Shown: piece after piece, positions 29,483-38,772 of the stretch
How positions within the stretch are numbered: position 1 is the first letter of the stretch
Layout: each line of letters begins with the position of its first letter
Origin: Thermoleophilaceae bacterium
GTDB taxonomy: Bacteria; Actinomycetota; Thermoleophilia; Solirubrobacterales; Thermoleophilaceae
NCBI GenBank assembly: GCA_016929195.1
Contig: JAFGJG010000020.1
Location: 2,722 to 66,721, forward strand
Length of the DNA stretch: 64,000 nt
Reading direction: 5' to 3'
Notes under the pieces: generated by a model
The model's database searches: none
Seen by the model: the letters and a program-made list of their open reading frames with translations, nothing else
Told to the model about the DNA's origin: nothing
Program-made: the position numbers and the translations under genes

Positions 29483-30478
29483 ATGAAGACCAGCCTCGGC
29501 ATCTGGGCCCTGGGCCCAATGGTCACCCGCTTCGTGCCCGTGGGCTATCAGCCGGAGCACAACGAGCCGACGGCGGAGAAGGTCCACCGTGCCGTGGAGG
29601 GGCTCGGCGAGCTGATGGACGGATATGAGTTCCACTACCCGCAGGAGCTGTCGCCGGACAACCTCGAGGAGGTCCGCGCGGCGCTCGGCGACCACGACGT
29701 CTACTGCATCGCGAGCGGCCTCCACCTCGACCCGCGCTTCGGGCGCGGCGGCCTCGTCTCCCCGGACGAGGCGACGCGCGCGGAGGCGCGGCGCATCACG
29801 CGCGAGGCCGCCGAGTTCGCGGGCTCGCTCGGCGCCCACTTCATCGTCTGGCCCGGGATCGAGGGGTACAACTACCCCTTCCAGGCGCCCTACGCGGACT
29901 CCTGGCGCTGGCTGATCGAGGGTGTGGGGGAGGCCGCCGAGGTCTGCGACCGGCACGGGGTGAAGCTCCTCCTCGAGCACAAGAACTCGGAGCCGGCCAT
30001 GAAGATCCTGATGCGGAACATCGGGATGACGCTGCACGTGATCCACAAGCTGCGCGCCGAGGGAGTCTCGAACGTGCAGGTGAACATGGACTGGCAGCAC
30101 CTGATCATGAACGGCGAGCACCTGCCGGAGTACGCGGCGCTGCTCAATGCTGAGGGGCTCCTGGGGCATCAGCACGCCAACTCCGGCTGGGGCACCTTCG
30201 ACGACGACAACATGGTCGGCGCCACCGCCTTCATGGAGACCGTCGAGCTGGCGCTCGAGCTGCGGCGGGCGGGATACGGCTCGGGCGGTGAGCGGCTCGG
30301 CTTCGACCTCTACCCGTACACGGAGGACCAGGTCGGCGCCGTGAAGCGCTCGATCCTCCAGTGGAACTTCATCGACGGCGTGGCCGCTCGCATCGACGAG
30401 CCGGCGCTCAAGGAGGCACAGAGGGAGAAGGACGCGGTGCGCGCCTACGAGCTCGTGTACGCGGCGCTCGGCGCGTGA
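29483..30478 (+). CDS. xylose-isomerase-like TIM-barrel sugar isomerase/epimerase
   Basis: 331 aa. FIVWPGIEGY and LLEHKNSEP echo the XylA WGGREGY and EPKPNEP motifs, but the protein is shorter than canonical XylA. Confidence 0.85.
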   Translation: MKTSLGIWALGPMVTRFVPVGYQPEHNEPTAEKVHRAVEGLGELMDGYEFHYPQELSPDNLEEVRAALGDHDVYCIASGLHLDPRFGRGGLVSPDEATRAEARRITREAAEFAGSLGAHFIVWPGIEGYNYPFQAPYADSWRWLIEGVGEAAEVCDRHGVKLLLEHKNSEPAMKILMRNIGMTLHVIHKLRAEGVSNVQVNMDWQHLIMNGEHLPEYAALLNAEGLLGHQHANSGWGTFDDDNMVGATAFMETVELALELRRAGYGSGGERLGFDLYPYTEDQVGAVKRSILQWNFIDGVAARIDEPALKEAQREKDAVRAYELVYAALGA

Positions 30479-31899
30479 CGACGGTCGGCCTCGACGTCGG
30501 CACGTCGGGGCTGAAGGGGATCGCCCTCGGTGACGACGGCTCCGTGCTCGCGCGCGCCGAGCGCGGCTACGGATTCGACACGCCGCGGCCCGGCTGGGCC
30601 GAGCAGGACCCGGCGCTCTGGTGGGACGCCGCCGAGGCGGTCCTCGCGGAGCTGGGCGCCGCGGGCAAGCCGGCCGGGATCGGGCTGTCGGGGCAGATGC
30701 ACGGCCTCGTGGCCCTCGACTCGGCCGACGAGGTCCTCCGGCCGGCGATCCTCTGGAACGACCAGCGCACCGCGGCCGAGTGCGCGGAGATCGAGGAGCG
30801 CATCGGCCTGTCCGAGCTGATCGCCCGCACGGGCAACCGCGCCCTGACCGGGTTCACCGCCCCGAAGCTGCTCTGGATGCGCAGGCACGAGCCGGAGCTG
30901 TACGGCCGGATCGCCTCGATGCTGCTGCCGAAGGACTACGTGCGGCTGCGGCTGACGGGGGAGCGGGCCATCGACGTGGCCGACGCCAGCGGCACGCTGC
31001 TGTTCGACGTCGCCCGGCGGTGCTGGTCGGACGAGGTGGTGGAGGCGCTCGAGCTCGACCCGGCCTGGCTGCCGCGGTCCCTTGAGTCCCCGGAGGTGTC
31101 CGGCAGGACGGCCGCCGGGGTGCCGGTCGCGGCCGGCGCCGGCGACCAGGCGGCCGGCGCGCTCGGGGTGGGGGTGGACCGGCCCGGCCCCGCGTCCGTC
31201 GTGCTCGGCACCTCGGGTGTGGTGTTCGTGGCGCTGGACGAGTTCGCCGCCGATCCCGAGGCGCGCGTGCACTCGTTCTGCCACGCGGTGCCGGGCGCCT
31301 GGCACGCGATGGGCGTGATGCTGTCGGCCGCCGGCTCGCTGCGGTGGCTGCGCGACGTGGCCGCGCCGGGCGAGGACTTCGGCACGCTCGTGGCCGAGGC
31401 CGAGGCGTGGCCGCCGGGCGCGGAGGGGCTGACCTTCCTGCCGTACCTGTCCGGCGAGCGGACGCCCCACGCGGACCCGGATGCGCGCGGATCGTTCACC
31501 GGGCTGTCCCTGCGCCACGATCGCGGCGCGCTCGTTCGAGCCGTGCTCGAGGGTGTGGCCTACGGCCTGCGCGACTCGCTCGACCTCCTGATCGAGATGG
31601 GCGCCGTCCCCACGGCCGGGCGCGTGTCCGGCGGCGGGGCGCGGAGCGACCTCTGGCTGCAAATCGTCGCCTCGGTGCTCGAGCTGCCGCTGGAGCGCAC
31701 CGCGGTGGACGAGGGGGCCGCCTTCGGCGCCGCGCTGCTGGGCGGGGTGGCCGGGGGCGTCTGGGCGGACGTGGGGGAGGCGGTTGCCGCCGCCCAGGGC
31801 ACGACGGGCGTGGTTGAGCCGGTGGAGGAGTGGGTCGAGCCGTATCGCGCGGGGCGCGAGCGCTTCAGGGCGCTCTACCCGGCGCTCCGCGACGTGTGA
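30475..31899 (+). CDS. xylB: xylulokinase (FGGY family)
   Basis: GTG at 30475 overlaps the isomerase stop (GTGA). N-terminus VGLDVGTSGLKG...GWAEQDP. FGGY C-terminal GGGARS motif. Confidence 0.9.
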   Translation: MTTVGLDVGTSGLKGIALGDDGSVLARAERGYGFDTPRPGWAEQDPALWWDAAEAVLAELGAAGKPAGIGLSGQMHGLVALDSADEVLRPAILWNDQRTAAECAEIEERIGLSELIARTGNRALTGFTAPKLLWMRRHEPELYGRIASMLLPKDYVRLRLTGERAIDVADASGTLLFDVARRCWSDEVVEALELDPAWLPRSLESPEVSGRTAAGVPVAAGAGDQAAGALGVGVDRPGPASVVLGTSGVVFVALDEFAADPEARVHSFCHAVPGAWHAMGVMLSAAGSLRWLRDVAAPGEDFGTLVAEAEAWPPGAEGLTFLPYLSGERTPHADPDARGSFTGLSLRHDRGALVRAVLEGVAYGLRDSLDLLIEMGAVPTAGRVSGGGARSDLWLQIVASVLELPLERTAVDEGAAFGAALLGGVAGGVWADVGEAVAAAQGTTGVVEPVEEWVEPYRAGRERFRALYPALRDV

Positions 31900-31927
31900 G
31901 GAGCGGTCTCACGGGTAAGCACGGGGG

Positions 31928-32338
31928 ATGCCCAAGAAGATCCTTGCCCTCGTTTCCGAGCCGGTGTCGGCGGATGCCCTGAGAAGCGCGATCGGCGACG
32001 GCGCCGGCGACGCCGAGGTGCTCGTCGTGGCCCCGGCGCTCGAGAGCCGCGGCCGCTGGCTGCTCGATGCACCGGACCCGGCCATCGAGCGTGCAGCGGC
32101 CGTGCAGGAGGAGACCGTCGAGCGGATGGACGAGGGGGGCGTGGACGCCGCCGGGGACACCGGCGAGGCCGACCCGCTGCTCGCCATCCAGGACGCGCTC
32201 CAGACCTTCGAGGCCGACGAGATCGTCGTGTTCACGCATCCGGAGGGAGAGGCCAACTGGATGGAGGAGGGCCTCGTCGAGGACGCGCGCGAGCGATTCG
32301 GACGGCCCGTGCGCCATCTGGAGGTAGAGGCGGGCTGA
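31928..32338 (+). CDS. hypothetical protein (possible USP-like alpha/beta fold)
   Basis: 136-aa acidic ORF of normal composition. No diagnostic motif. Confidence 0.55.
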   Translation: MPKKILALVSEPVSADALRSAIGDGAGDAEVLVVAPALESRGRWLLDAPDPAIERAAAVQEETVERMDEGGVDAAGDTGEADPLLAIQDALQTFEADEIVVFTHPEGEANWMEEGLVEDARERFGRPVRHLEVEAG

Positions 32339-32398
32339 GTCAGCGCATTTCGGGGCTAATGGTGCGGCTCGCGCCGACCGACGTTATCTTGGAGCGCG

Positions 32399-33346
32399 AT
32401 GCCCACCTCACTCGTCACCGGCGGAGCCGGCTTCCTCGGCTCTCACATCTGCGACCACCTCCTCGAGCGCGGCCACCGCGTCATCTGCGTGGACAACCTC
32501 GAGACCGGCTCGCTCAACAACATCAAGCACATCCGCGAGCCCGGCTTCCGGTTCGAGATGCTCGACATCACGGACCACTACGACATCGACGAGCCCGTCG
32601 ACTTCGTCTACCACATGGCCTCGCCGGCCTCGCCCATCGACTACGCCCGGCTGCCGCTCCACACGCTGAAGGTCGGCGCCTACGGAACGCACAACACCCT
32701 CGGGCTGGCGAAGAAGCACCGCGCGCGCTTCCTGATCGCCTCCACCAGCGAGGTGTACGGCGACCCGCTCGTCCACCCGCAGCCGGAGAGCTACTGGGGC
32801 AACGTGAACCCGATCGGCCCGCGCGGCGTCTACGACGAGGCGAAGCGCTACGCCGAGGCGCTGACGATGGCCTATCTGCGCCAGCAGGGCGTGGACACGT
32901 GCATCGCGCGGATCTTCAACACCTACGGGCCGCGCATGCGCCCGAACGACGGGCGCGCCGTGCCGACCTTCCTCCGCCAGGCGCTCACCGGCCAGCCGGT
33001 GACGGTCTTCGGCGACGGTTCCCAGACACGCAGCTTCTGCTACGTCCAGGACCTGATCCGCGGCCTCGTGGCGCTGAACGAGTCGGAGGTCCACGACCCG
33101 GTGAACATCGGCAACCCAAACGAGATGAGCCTCCTCGAGATGGCCGAGCTCGTGATCGAGATCACCGAGTCGCGCTCCGAGCTGGTCTTCGAGCCGCTGC
33201 CCGTGGACGACCCGCAGGTGCGCCAGCCGGACATCACCCGCGCGAAGCAGCTGCTGGGCTGGGAGCCCGAGGTTGCGCTCCGCGAGGGGCTCGTGGAGAC
33301 GGTCGAGCACTACACCAAGGTGCTCGCCTCTCCGGCCGCGCGCTGA
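32399..33346 (+). CDS. UDP-glucuronate decarboxylase (UDP-xylose synthase)
   Basis: [11 protein letters not shown] Rossmann motif, STSEVYG, YDEAKR catalytic motif, [10 protein letters not shown]. Full-length UXS pattern. Confidence 0.9.
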   Translation: MPTSLVTGGAGFLGSHICDHLLERGHRVICVDNLETGSLNNIKHIREPGFRFEMLDITDHYDIDEPVDFVYHMASPASPIDYARLPLHTLKVGAYGTHNTLGLAKKHRARFLIASTSEVYGDPLVHPQPESYWGNVNPIGPRGVYDEAKRYAEALTMAYLRQQGVDTCIARIFNTYGPRMRPNDGRAVPTFLRQALTGQPVTVFGDGSQTRSFCYVQDLIRGLVALNESEVHDPVNIGNPNEMSLLEMAELVIEITESRSELVFEPLPVDDPQVRQPDITRAKQLLGWEPEVALREGLVETVEHYTKVLASPAAR

Positions 33347-33362
33347 GCGTTACGCTCCGGAC

Positions 33363-33644
33363 GTGAGCCGCGACGCCGAGGTCAAGAACCTCGAGGCCAT
33401 CTCGAAGGCCATCGACCAGCACAACGAGGGCTGCGAGTGGCCCGCCGTCGCGATCGAGATGAACCCCTTCGAGGTCGAGCGCCTCGGCTGGGACTCGATC
33501 CGCGGCCTGCCGGTGCGCGCCAACCCCGAGCTGGGGACCGGCGCCTTTCGCGTCGTCTGCGCCCGCGAGGAGGGCGAGCCCGCCGACGAGGTCGAGGCCG
33601 TGGCCGAGCAGACGGTGCCGGTCGAGCCGCTCTCGGTGCCCTAG
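33363..33644 (+). CDS. hypothetical protein
   Basis: 93 aa from the GTG at 33363, non-repetitive composition. The upstream part of the track ORF overlaps the UXS gene. Confidence 0.45.
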   Translation: MSRDAEVKNLEAISKAIDQHNEGCEWPAVAIEMNPFEVERLGWDSIRGLPVRANPELGTGAFRVVCAREEGEPADEVEAVAEQTVPVEPLSVP

Positions 33645-33663
33645 AGAGCGCGAGACCTGAATT

Positions 33664-33682
33664 GGGGGCCATATGGGCCCCC
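33664..33682. terminator. hairpin between convergent genes
   Basis: GGGGGCC-ATATG-GGCCCCC followed by TATT. Lies between the gene ends at 33644 and 33703. Confidence 0.5.
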
Positions 33683-33702
33683 TATTCCGGTTTCGCGGCC
33701 GT

Positions 33703-34182
33703 TCAGGCCGTCGCGCGGTCCAGCTCGAACCAGACGGTGGTCGAGCCGGGCGAGCGGTCGATGCCCCAGCGGCTCGCCATCCGGTCCACGAGCAGGAGGC
33801 CGTAGCCGCCGGGCTCCAGCGGGTCGTCGCTCATCCGCCCGTTCCACTCGAAGCCGGCGCCGGGGTTCGTGACCGCTGCGCCCACGGCCGCGTCGCACTC
33901 CACGACCTTGACCGCCACTCCGCGCGGCCGCTCGGCGCCCTCGCCGTGGCGGACGGCGTTCGTGACCAGCTCGGTCAGCATCAGCAGCATCGGCTGACGC
34001 TCGTCCTCGGACAGGGTGTCCTCGGCGGCCTGGAAGGCGTGCCGCGCCTCGGCCGCCGCCAGGGGGCCCGCGCGGAGGTTGAAGCCGAACACCCGGGCCG
34101 GCGCCGACGAGAGGGATGGCATCGGGACCTGCTCGAGCGGGCCGGAGTCATGGGTTGAGGAGGCCGTCATCTGAAAGCTCAT
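33703..34182 (-). CDS. RsbW/SpoIIAB-like anti-sigma serine kinase (HATPase_c)
   Basis: 159 aa. N-box-like LTELVTNAVRHG and G-box-like GGYGLLLVDRMASRWG. Confidence 0.75.
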   Translation of the reverse strand: MSFQMTASSTHDSGPLEQVPMPSLSSAPARVFGFNLRAGPLAAAEARHAFQAAEDTLSEDERQPMLLMLTELVTNAVRHGEGAERPRGVAVKVVECDAAVGAAVTNPGAGFEWNGRMSDDPLEPGGYGLLLVDRMASRWGIDRSPGSTTVWFELDRATA

Positions 34183-34206
34183 GTGCGTGGCGAGGTGTCG
34201 GGCGGA

Positions 34207-34413
34207 TCAGCGGAGCGTCAGCGCCCGTCGCTCCCTCTTCGGCGGCGCCGTGGGCTCGAACTGCGCCCAGACGCCGCACACCTCACACCGCATGTGCCCG
34301 TCAGCATGGTCAAGAAGCTCAGAGTAATCCACGCTCTGCATGAGCGCGTGGGCGCCGCAGCTTCCGCACTGCAGGCGGACCGTCTCGGTACCCCTGTCCA
34401 TCAGCATCTTCAC
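34207..34413 (-). CDS. small zinc-ribbon protein
   Basis: 68 aa with CGSCG ... CEVCG (two CxxC pairs). Ends 24 nt upstream of the RsbW-like gene. Confidence 0.5.
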   Translation of the reverse strand: MKMLMDRGTETVRLQCGSCGAHALMQSVDYSELLDHADGHMRCEVCGVWAQFEPTAPPKRERRALTLR

Positions 34414-34542
34414 GATGCCTCCCCTTGGTTGCCCGCGGGAGGATTGTTCCTCGTGGCAGGGGCGTCACTCCGGCTGTGCGAATAACGCACACCTTCCGGG
34501 GACCGATCCCGTGAATCCGGCGGAGGTTGCCGCCCAGGGGCG

Positions 34543-36063
34543 CTAGCGCTGAGAGAAGCCGATCGCCGGCGGCGAGGTCACGCGCCTGCCGAAGTAGTCC
34601 CACGCCGGCAGCCCGGGGACCGGCGTGCCGGCGCCGATCGCGGGCGAGCCGGGGCGAAGCCGGAAGCCGCTGCCCACGTAGAGCAGCCCGCGGCCGCGCC
34701 TGCCCGGGTCCGCGAAGAGCGGGTCCGCGCTCACGGCCGCCGCCCCGGCTGGCGGCAGCCCGGAGAAGAGGTTGTTCGAGCACCGTTCGCTACAACCCAG
34801 CGCCGTCGTCTGCGGTGCGGTCGCGTGGAAGAGGTTGTTGCGCACCTCCAGCGCGGGGTTGAGGAGCCCGGCGGTGGGGGTTCCGAGGATGCCCCAGGTG
34901 ATGGACGGCGCCACGAACGTGTTGTTCACGAGGCTCACGCCCTCGTAGGTCGACCCCGGCTGGAGCGAGCAGGGCGACTGGTTGGCCGCGAACCGGTCGT
35001 CGACGCTCAGGTTGAAGCGCACCTTCGCCGTGCGCGGCTGCGCGTCCGTGCAGAACAGGATGAACCCGCCCTCGTTGTCGTGGCTCAGGTTGTACTGGAC
35101 GATCGTGCCGTCCTGGTCGTAGTCCACGTCGTAGCCGGATCCGTCGCAGCCGTTGAAGCGCATCGCGAAGACCTCGTTGCGCTGGATGACGGTGCCGTTG
35201 GCGTGGAAGGCCCAGATCCCGGCGTTGCAGATCATCCCGCGCGGGTCGCTGAGCGCGCGCCCGCGCAGGTTGCCCTCGCTGACCACGTTGTGCTCCACGA
35301 CGGCGCCGACGGTCCCGAGCGGCACGATGCCGTCGCCGCCGAGCCGGAGCAGCCGGTTGGCGCGGACGCGCACGCGCGTGGACGCGGCGGGCCAGGGCTC
35401 GGTCGCGCGCGGGCGGTCCCCGTCCGCCGTCCCGACGACGAAGATCCCGCTGCGGCTCACGTCGGCGATCAGGTTGCGCTCGATCAGGAGATCGTCGAAG
35501 CGGGTTGGCTCCGGGCCGAGCACGTCCACCTGGATGCCGCCGCTGCCGCCCGCGTCCTTCGCGAGGTCGCCCTGCACGTCATGGATCCAGAGGTCGCGCA
35601 AGGTCACGCCCTGGGCGACGCCGCTCGTGGCCACAACGTGCACGCCGCGCCGGCGCGCCTCGCCCTCGCCTCGGTTGGTGAGCTCGAGCGAGGTCAGCGT
35701 CACGTGGCTCATGTCCTTCAGCAGGACGGCGTCCTCGGCGGCCCCCTCCACGTGCGGGAGCGGCCCGCGGCCGTAAGCGCCGATCACCGCCGGCCGCCAC
35801 GCGCTGCCCGAGCCGGTGGGAGCGAGCAGGCCCGTGCAGCTCGTGCCGCGGCGGAGCAGGAGACGCGACCCGGGCCGGAGCCTCACGGCGCTCGCCTGGG
35901 CGAGCGAGTTGAACGGGCGCCAGGGGGTCCCGTCGCCGGGATGGCGCGCCGAGCAGTCCACGTACCGCGCCGGGCTCGGCCCGTGCGCCGCCGCGGGGGA
36001 CGCCGCCGCGAGCGCGGCCAGCAGGGCCACACAGGTCCAGCGAGCTGTGCGCGTGCCCGGCAC
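34543..36063 (-). CDS. secreted right-handed parallel beta-helix repeat protein
   Basis: Signal peptide MPGTRTARWTCVALLAALAAASPAAAHG. Repeated N/G/I-rich beta-helix turns (IHDVQGD, IERNLIADV, VEHNVVSEGN, IQRNEVF, NLSHDN). Confidence 0.85.
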   Translation of the reverse strand: MPGTRTARWTCVALLAALAAASPAAAHGPSPARYVDCSARHPGDGTPWRPFNSLAQASAVRLRPGSRLLLRRGTSCTGLLAPTGSGSAWRPAVIGAYGRGPLPHVEGAAEDAVLLKDMSHVTLTSLELTNRGEGEARRRGVHVVATSGVAQGVTLRDLWIHDVQGDLAKDAGGSGGIQVDVLGPEPTRFDDLLIERNLIADVSRSGIFVVGTADGDRPRATEPWPAASTRVRVRANRLLRLGGDGIVPLGTVGAVVEHNVVSEGNLRGRALSDPRGMICNAGIWAFHANGTVIQRNEVFAMRFNGCDGSGYDVDYDQDGTIVQYNLSHDNEGGFILFCTDAQPRTAKVRFNLSVDDRFAANQSPCSLQPGSTYEGVSLVNNTFVAPSITWGILGTPTAGLLNPALEVRNNLFHATAPQTTALGCSERCSNNLFSGLPPAGAAAVSADPLFADPGRRGRGLLYVGSGFRLRPGSPAIGAGTPVPGLPAWDYFGRRVTSPPAIGFSQR

Positions 36064-36101
36064 GCGGGCATCCTAGGTCAGGGCAAGGGGCCCGGGAGCC
36101 G

Positions 36102-36959
36102 CTAGCCCCGGCTGCCTTCGCTCTCGACCCCGGGCGGGGCCCAGCCCGGCCCGTGGTAGAGCACGCCGAGGCGGTCGCGCAGGCGCCGGGCCCGGCGAAC
36201 GTCGTGCCACATCGCGATGTACTCGTGGAACGCGGCGCGCACGGGATTGAACGTGTCGATGTTCTTCGTCAGGCCGTAGCGAACGCGCTCGCCCTCCGGC
36301 TCGTAGGTGCCGAACAGCCGGTCCCAGATGATCAGGATGCCACCGTAGTTGCGGTCGAGGTAGACCTGGTTCGAGCCGTGGTGCACGCGGTGGTGCGACG
36401 GCGTGTTGAGCACCGCCTCGAGGAACCAGGGCAGCCGGCGCACGCGCTCGGTGTGGATCCAGAACTGGTAGATCAGCGACCAGGACTGGGCGAGCAGCAC
36501 CATCCACGGCTCGAAGCCGACCGCCGGCATCCAGAGCCAGAACGGGAAGTAGGTCATCGGCACCCAGGTCTGGCGAAGGGCGGTCGAGAGGTTGTAGTGC
36601 CGGCTCGAGTGGTGGACCACGTGGCTCGCCCAGAAGAAGCGGCTCTCGTGGCTGACGCGGTGGAACCAGTAGTAGGAGAAGTCGTCCGCGAAGAAGAGGA
36701 GGACCCAGACCCACCAGTCACCGGGGTCCAGGCGCAGCGGCGTGAGCTCGTAGATCAGCGCGTAGGCGGCCACGACCACGACCTTCCAGCCCACGTTGAT
36801 GACCACGTTGCCGCTGCCGAGCAGGAGGCTCGTGCGCGTGTCCTTCGGCTCGTAGCCGATCAGGTCGTCGTGGTCCTCGCGCGTGTGGCGGAAGGAGAGC
36901 GCCTCCACCACGAGCAGCAGGATGAAGAACGGGATCGCGTAGTAGAGGATCTCGGCCAT
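36102..36959 (-). CDS. sterol desaturase / fatty acid hydroxylase family membrane protein
   Basis: Histidine boxes HRVSHE, HVVHH, HHRVHH. N-terminal TM helices. Confidence 0.9.
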   Translation of the reverse strand: MAEILYYAIPFFILLLVVEALSFRHTREDHDDLIGYEPKDTRTSLLLGSGNVVINVGWKVVVVAAYALIYELTPLRLDPGDWWVWVLLFFADDFSYYWFHRVSHESRFFWASHVVHHSSRHYNLSTALRQTWVPMTYFPFWLWMPAVGFEPWMVLLAQSWSLIYQFWIHTERVRRLPWFLEAVLNTPSHHRVHHGSNQVYLDRNYGGILIIWDRLFGTYEPEGERVRYGLTKNIDTFNPVRAAFHEYIAMWHDVRRARRLRDRLGVLYHGPGWAPPGVESEGSRG

Positions 36960-36974
36960 GGCGGGAACGGCAGA

Positions 36975-37637
36975 TTAACCGGCGCGCCGCTGCCGGCCCA
37001 GCACCATCAGGCCCACGAGGCGCGACACGACGAGCGCCACGTAGCCGAGCCCGGCGAGCTGCTCGATCATCACGACGGCGCGTGCGAAGGCCTTCACCGG
37101 CACCACGTCGCTGAGCCCGGTGCTGGTGAGGGTCGTGAAGCTGAGGAAGAGCAGCTCCATCCAGCTCCGGTTCTCCTGCGGGTCCACCGCTGCCGTGAAG
37201 CTGCCCGGCTCGACCGCCTGCACGACCTGGAACACGTACGCGAACGCCCAGGCGACCAGGGTGAACGTGGCCCCGACCGCGAACAGCTCGTCCGTGGTGA
37301 TGTCGTGGTCGGCGAGCATGTACCTGACCAGCGCGTAGGCCGCGTAGAAGTAGAGCGCGGCCTCGAGGGCGGACGACCAGCCGAGCAGCGACTCGTGATC
37401 GCCCGTCGCCTGGATCAGCAGCAGGACCGTGGCCGGCAGGGCGAGCAGCAGCGCGACCGGGGTGAGCGCCGGCGAGCTGCGGACCGCGACCACGACCAGC
37501 GCCAGGAAGCCGATGCCGAGGGCGCTGAAGATCGCACGCCCCGCGTCGCTGTCCTCGAGGAACGGATACACGAGGACGGCGCCGAGCTGCGCGAACAGCA
37601 GGATCGCCGAGGGGTGGCGCCGAGCGGCGGTCAGCAC
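36975..37637 (-). CDS. two-pore-helix ion channel family membrane protein
   Basis: 220 aa, TM helices. Pore-like segment FLSFTTLTSTGLSDV is degenerate relative to the K-channel TVGYGD filter. Confidence 0.65.
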   Translation of the reverse strand: MLTAARRHPSAILLFAQLGAVLVYPFLEDSDAGRAIFSALGIGFLALVVVAVRSSPALTPVALLLALPATVLLLIQATGDHESLLGWSSALEAALYFYAAYALVRYMLADHDITTDELFAVGATFTLVAWAFAYVFQVVQAVEPGSFTAAVDPQENRSWMELLFLSFTTLTSTGLSDVVPVKAFARAVVMIEQLAGLGYVALVVSRLVGLMVLGRQRRAG

Positions 37638-37911
37638 GCCGGGGAAGCTAGCCCCCGGCCCGGCCGTCGCTACCTGATTGCGACCGGCGTGCCCGGGTAG
37701 CGCCAGACCATGCTCGAAGTCGCGTTGACGTTGATCGCAGAAGGCCGTGGTGAGGACCCCGGAATCGCCGGGGGAATCGCCATCATCGTCGGGATCGCCG
37801 CGCTCGTGCTCGCCACCGCCGCGCTCGGCATGTGGACGATCGCACGCCGGCGCGGGAGGTCGTGATGGGCACGCTCGGCCAGATCAGCCCCGCGAAGGAC
37901 CACGAGGTCTT

Positions 37912-38772
37912 CTAGGGCGTCGCCGCTGCGAGGAACGGCAGCGCGCGTGCAAGCACGCCGCCGGGCGCCTCCTCCGGCAGGAAGTGCCCGGCTCGCGGCA
38001 CGTATTCGACCTGCATGCTGCGCGTGGGCTGAGGGTCGAGGATCCGGCGCAGGGGGCTTTCCCCGCCCATCAGCAGGAGCGTCGGCACCTCGAGCCGGTC
38101 GCCGCTGCGGGACAGCGCCGGGAGCTCCTTCAGCAGGAACGTCCGATAGCAAGCGGAGCTCGCCCGGGCCCGCTCGGGAGCGCTCAGGACCCTGGCGTAG
38201 CCGTCCAGCTCCGCGTCGCTCCAGACGGCTCCCCTCCCGCTTCCCGCGCGGATGATCGACGGGACGAAGCGCCTCCGCCGCAGCACGCTCTCACCCAGGC
38301 GCGGGGTGGCCAACAGCATCTGGTAGGAGGCGAACACCGGCGCGGCGAGCCGCCTCGGCCGAAACGGCCCGGTCCACGGCGGCGAGATGTCCAGCGCCAC
38401 GAGCCGCTCGATCCGCTCGGGGCGCTCGAGGGCCATCAGGAAGGCCGTGTAGCCGCCCCAGTCGTGCCCGATCACGGACGCGCGGGAGATCTCCTCGTGG
38501 TCGAGCAGGCCGATCATGTCCTCGGCGAAGGTCCGCTTGGCGTAGTCGCCCGCGGGCGCGTCCGACCAGCCCCAGCCCCGGAGATCGGGTGCGATCACCC
38601 GGTACTGCTCCGCGAGCCGCGGGATGACCCGGCGCCAGCACCACCAGTGCTGTGGCCAGCCGTGCAGGAGGAGCAGGGGCGGCCCGTCGCCGGCTTCCGC
38701 CACGTGAAGGCGGATCCCGCGCAGCCGCACGTCGCGATGGGTGACACCCGGGAGGTCGGGCGGGCCGCTCAC
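37912..38772 (-). CDS. alpha/beta hydrolase (epoxide hydrolase-like)
   Basis: HGWP oxyanion motif, nucleophile elbow GHDWGG, C-terminal GHF. The GTG at 38772 overlaps the stop of the upstream PP2C gene (GTGA). Confidence 0.85.
   Translation of the reverse strand: MSGPPDLPGVTHRDVRLRGIRLHVAEAGDGPPLLLLHGWPQHWWCWRRVIPRLAEQYRVIAPDLRGWGWSDAPAGDYAKRTFAEDMIGLLDHEEISRASVIGHDWGGYTAFLMALERPERIERLVALDISPPWTGPFRPRRLAAPVFASYQMLLATPRLGESVLRRRRFVPSIIRAGSGRGAVWSDAELDGYARVLSAPERARASSACYRTFLLKELPALSRSGDRLEVPTLLLMGGESPLRRILDPQPTRSMQVEYVPRAGHFLPEEAPGGVLARALPFLAAATP

Noticed and set aside
37710-37865. An unlisted 51-aa ORF (MLEVALTLIAEGRGEDPGIAGGIAIIVGIAALVLATAALGMWTIARRRGRS) in the 272-nt gap between the ion-channel and hydrolase genes.
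   Set aside because: It has an attractive single-TM shape but no clear RBS. It lies on the opposite strand to both neighbours, and such short hydrophobic ORFs arise easily by chance in GC-rich DNA.
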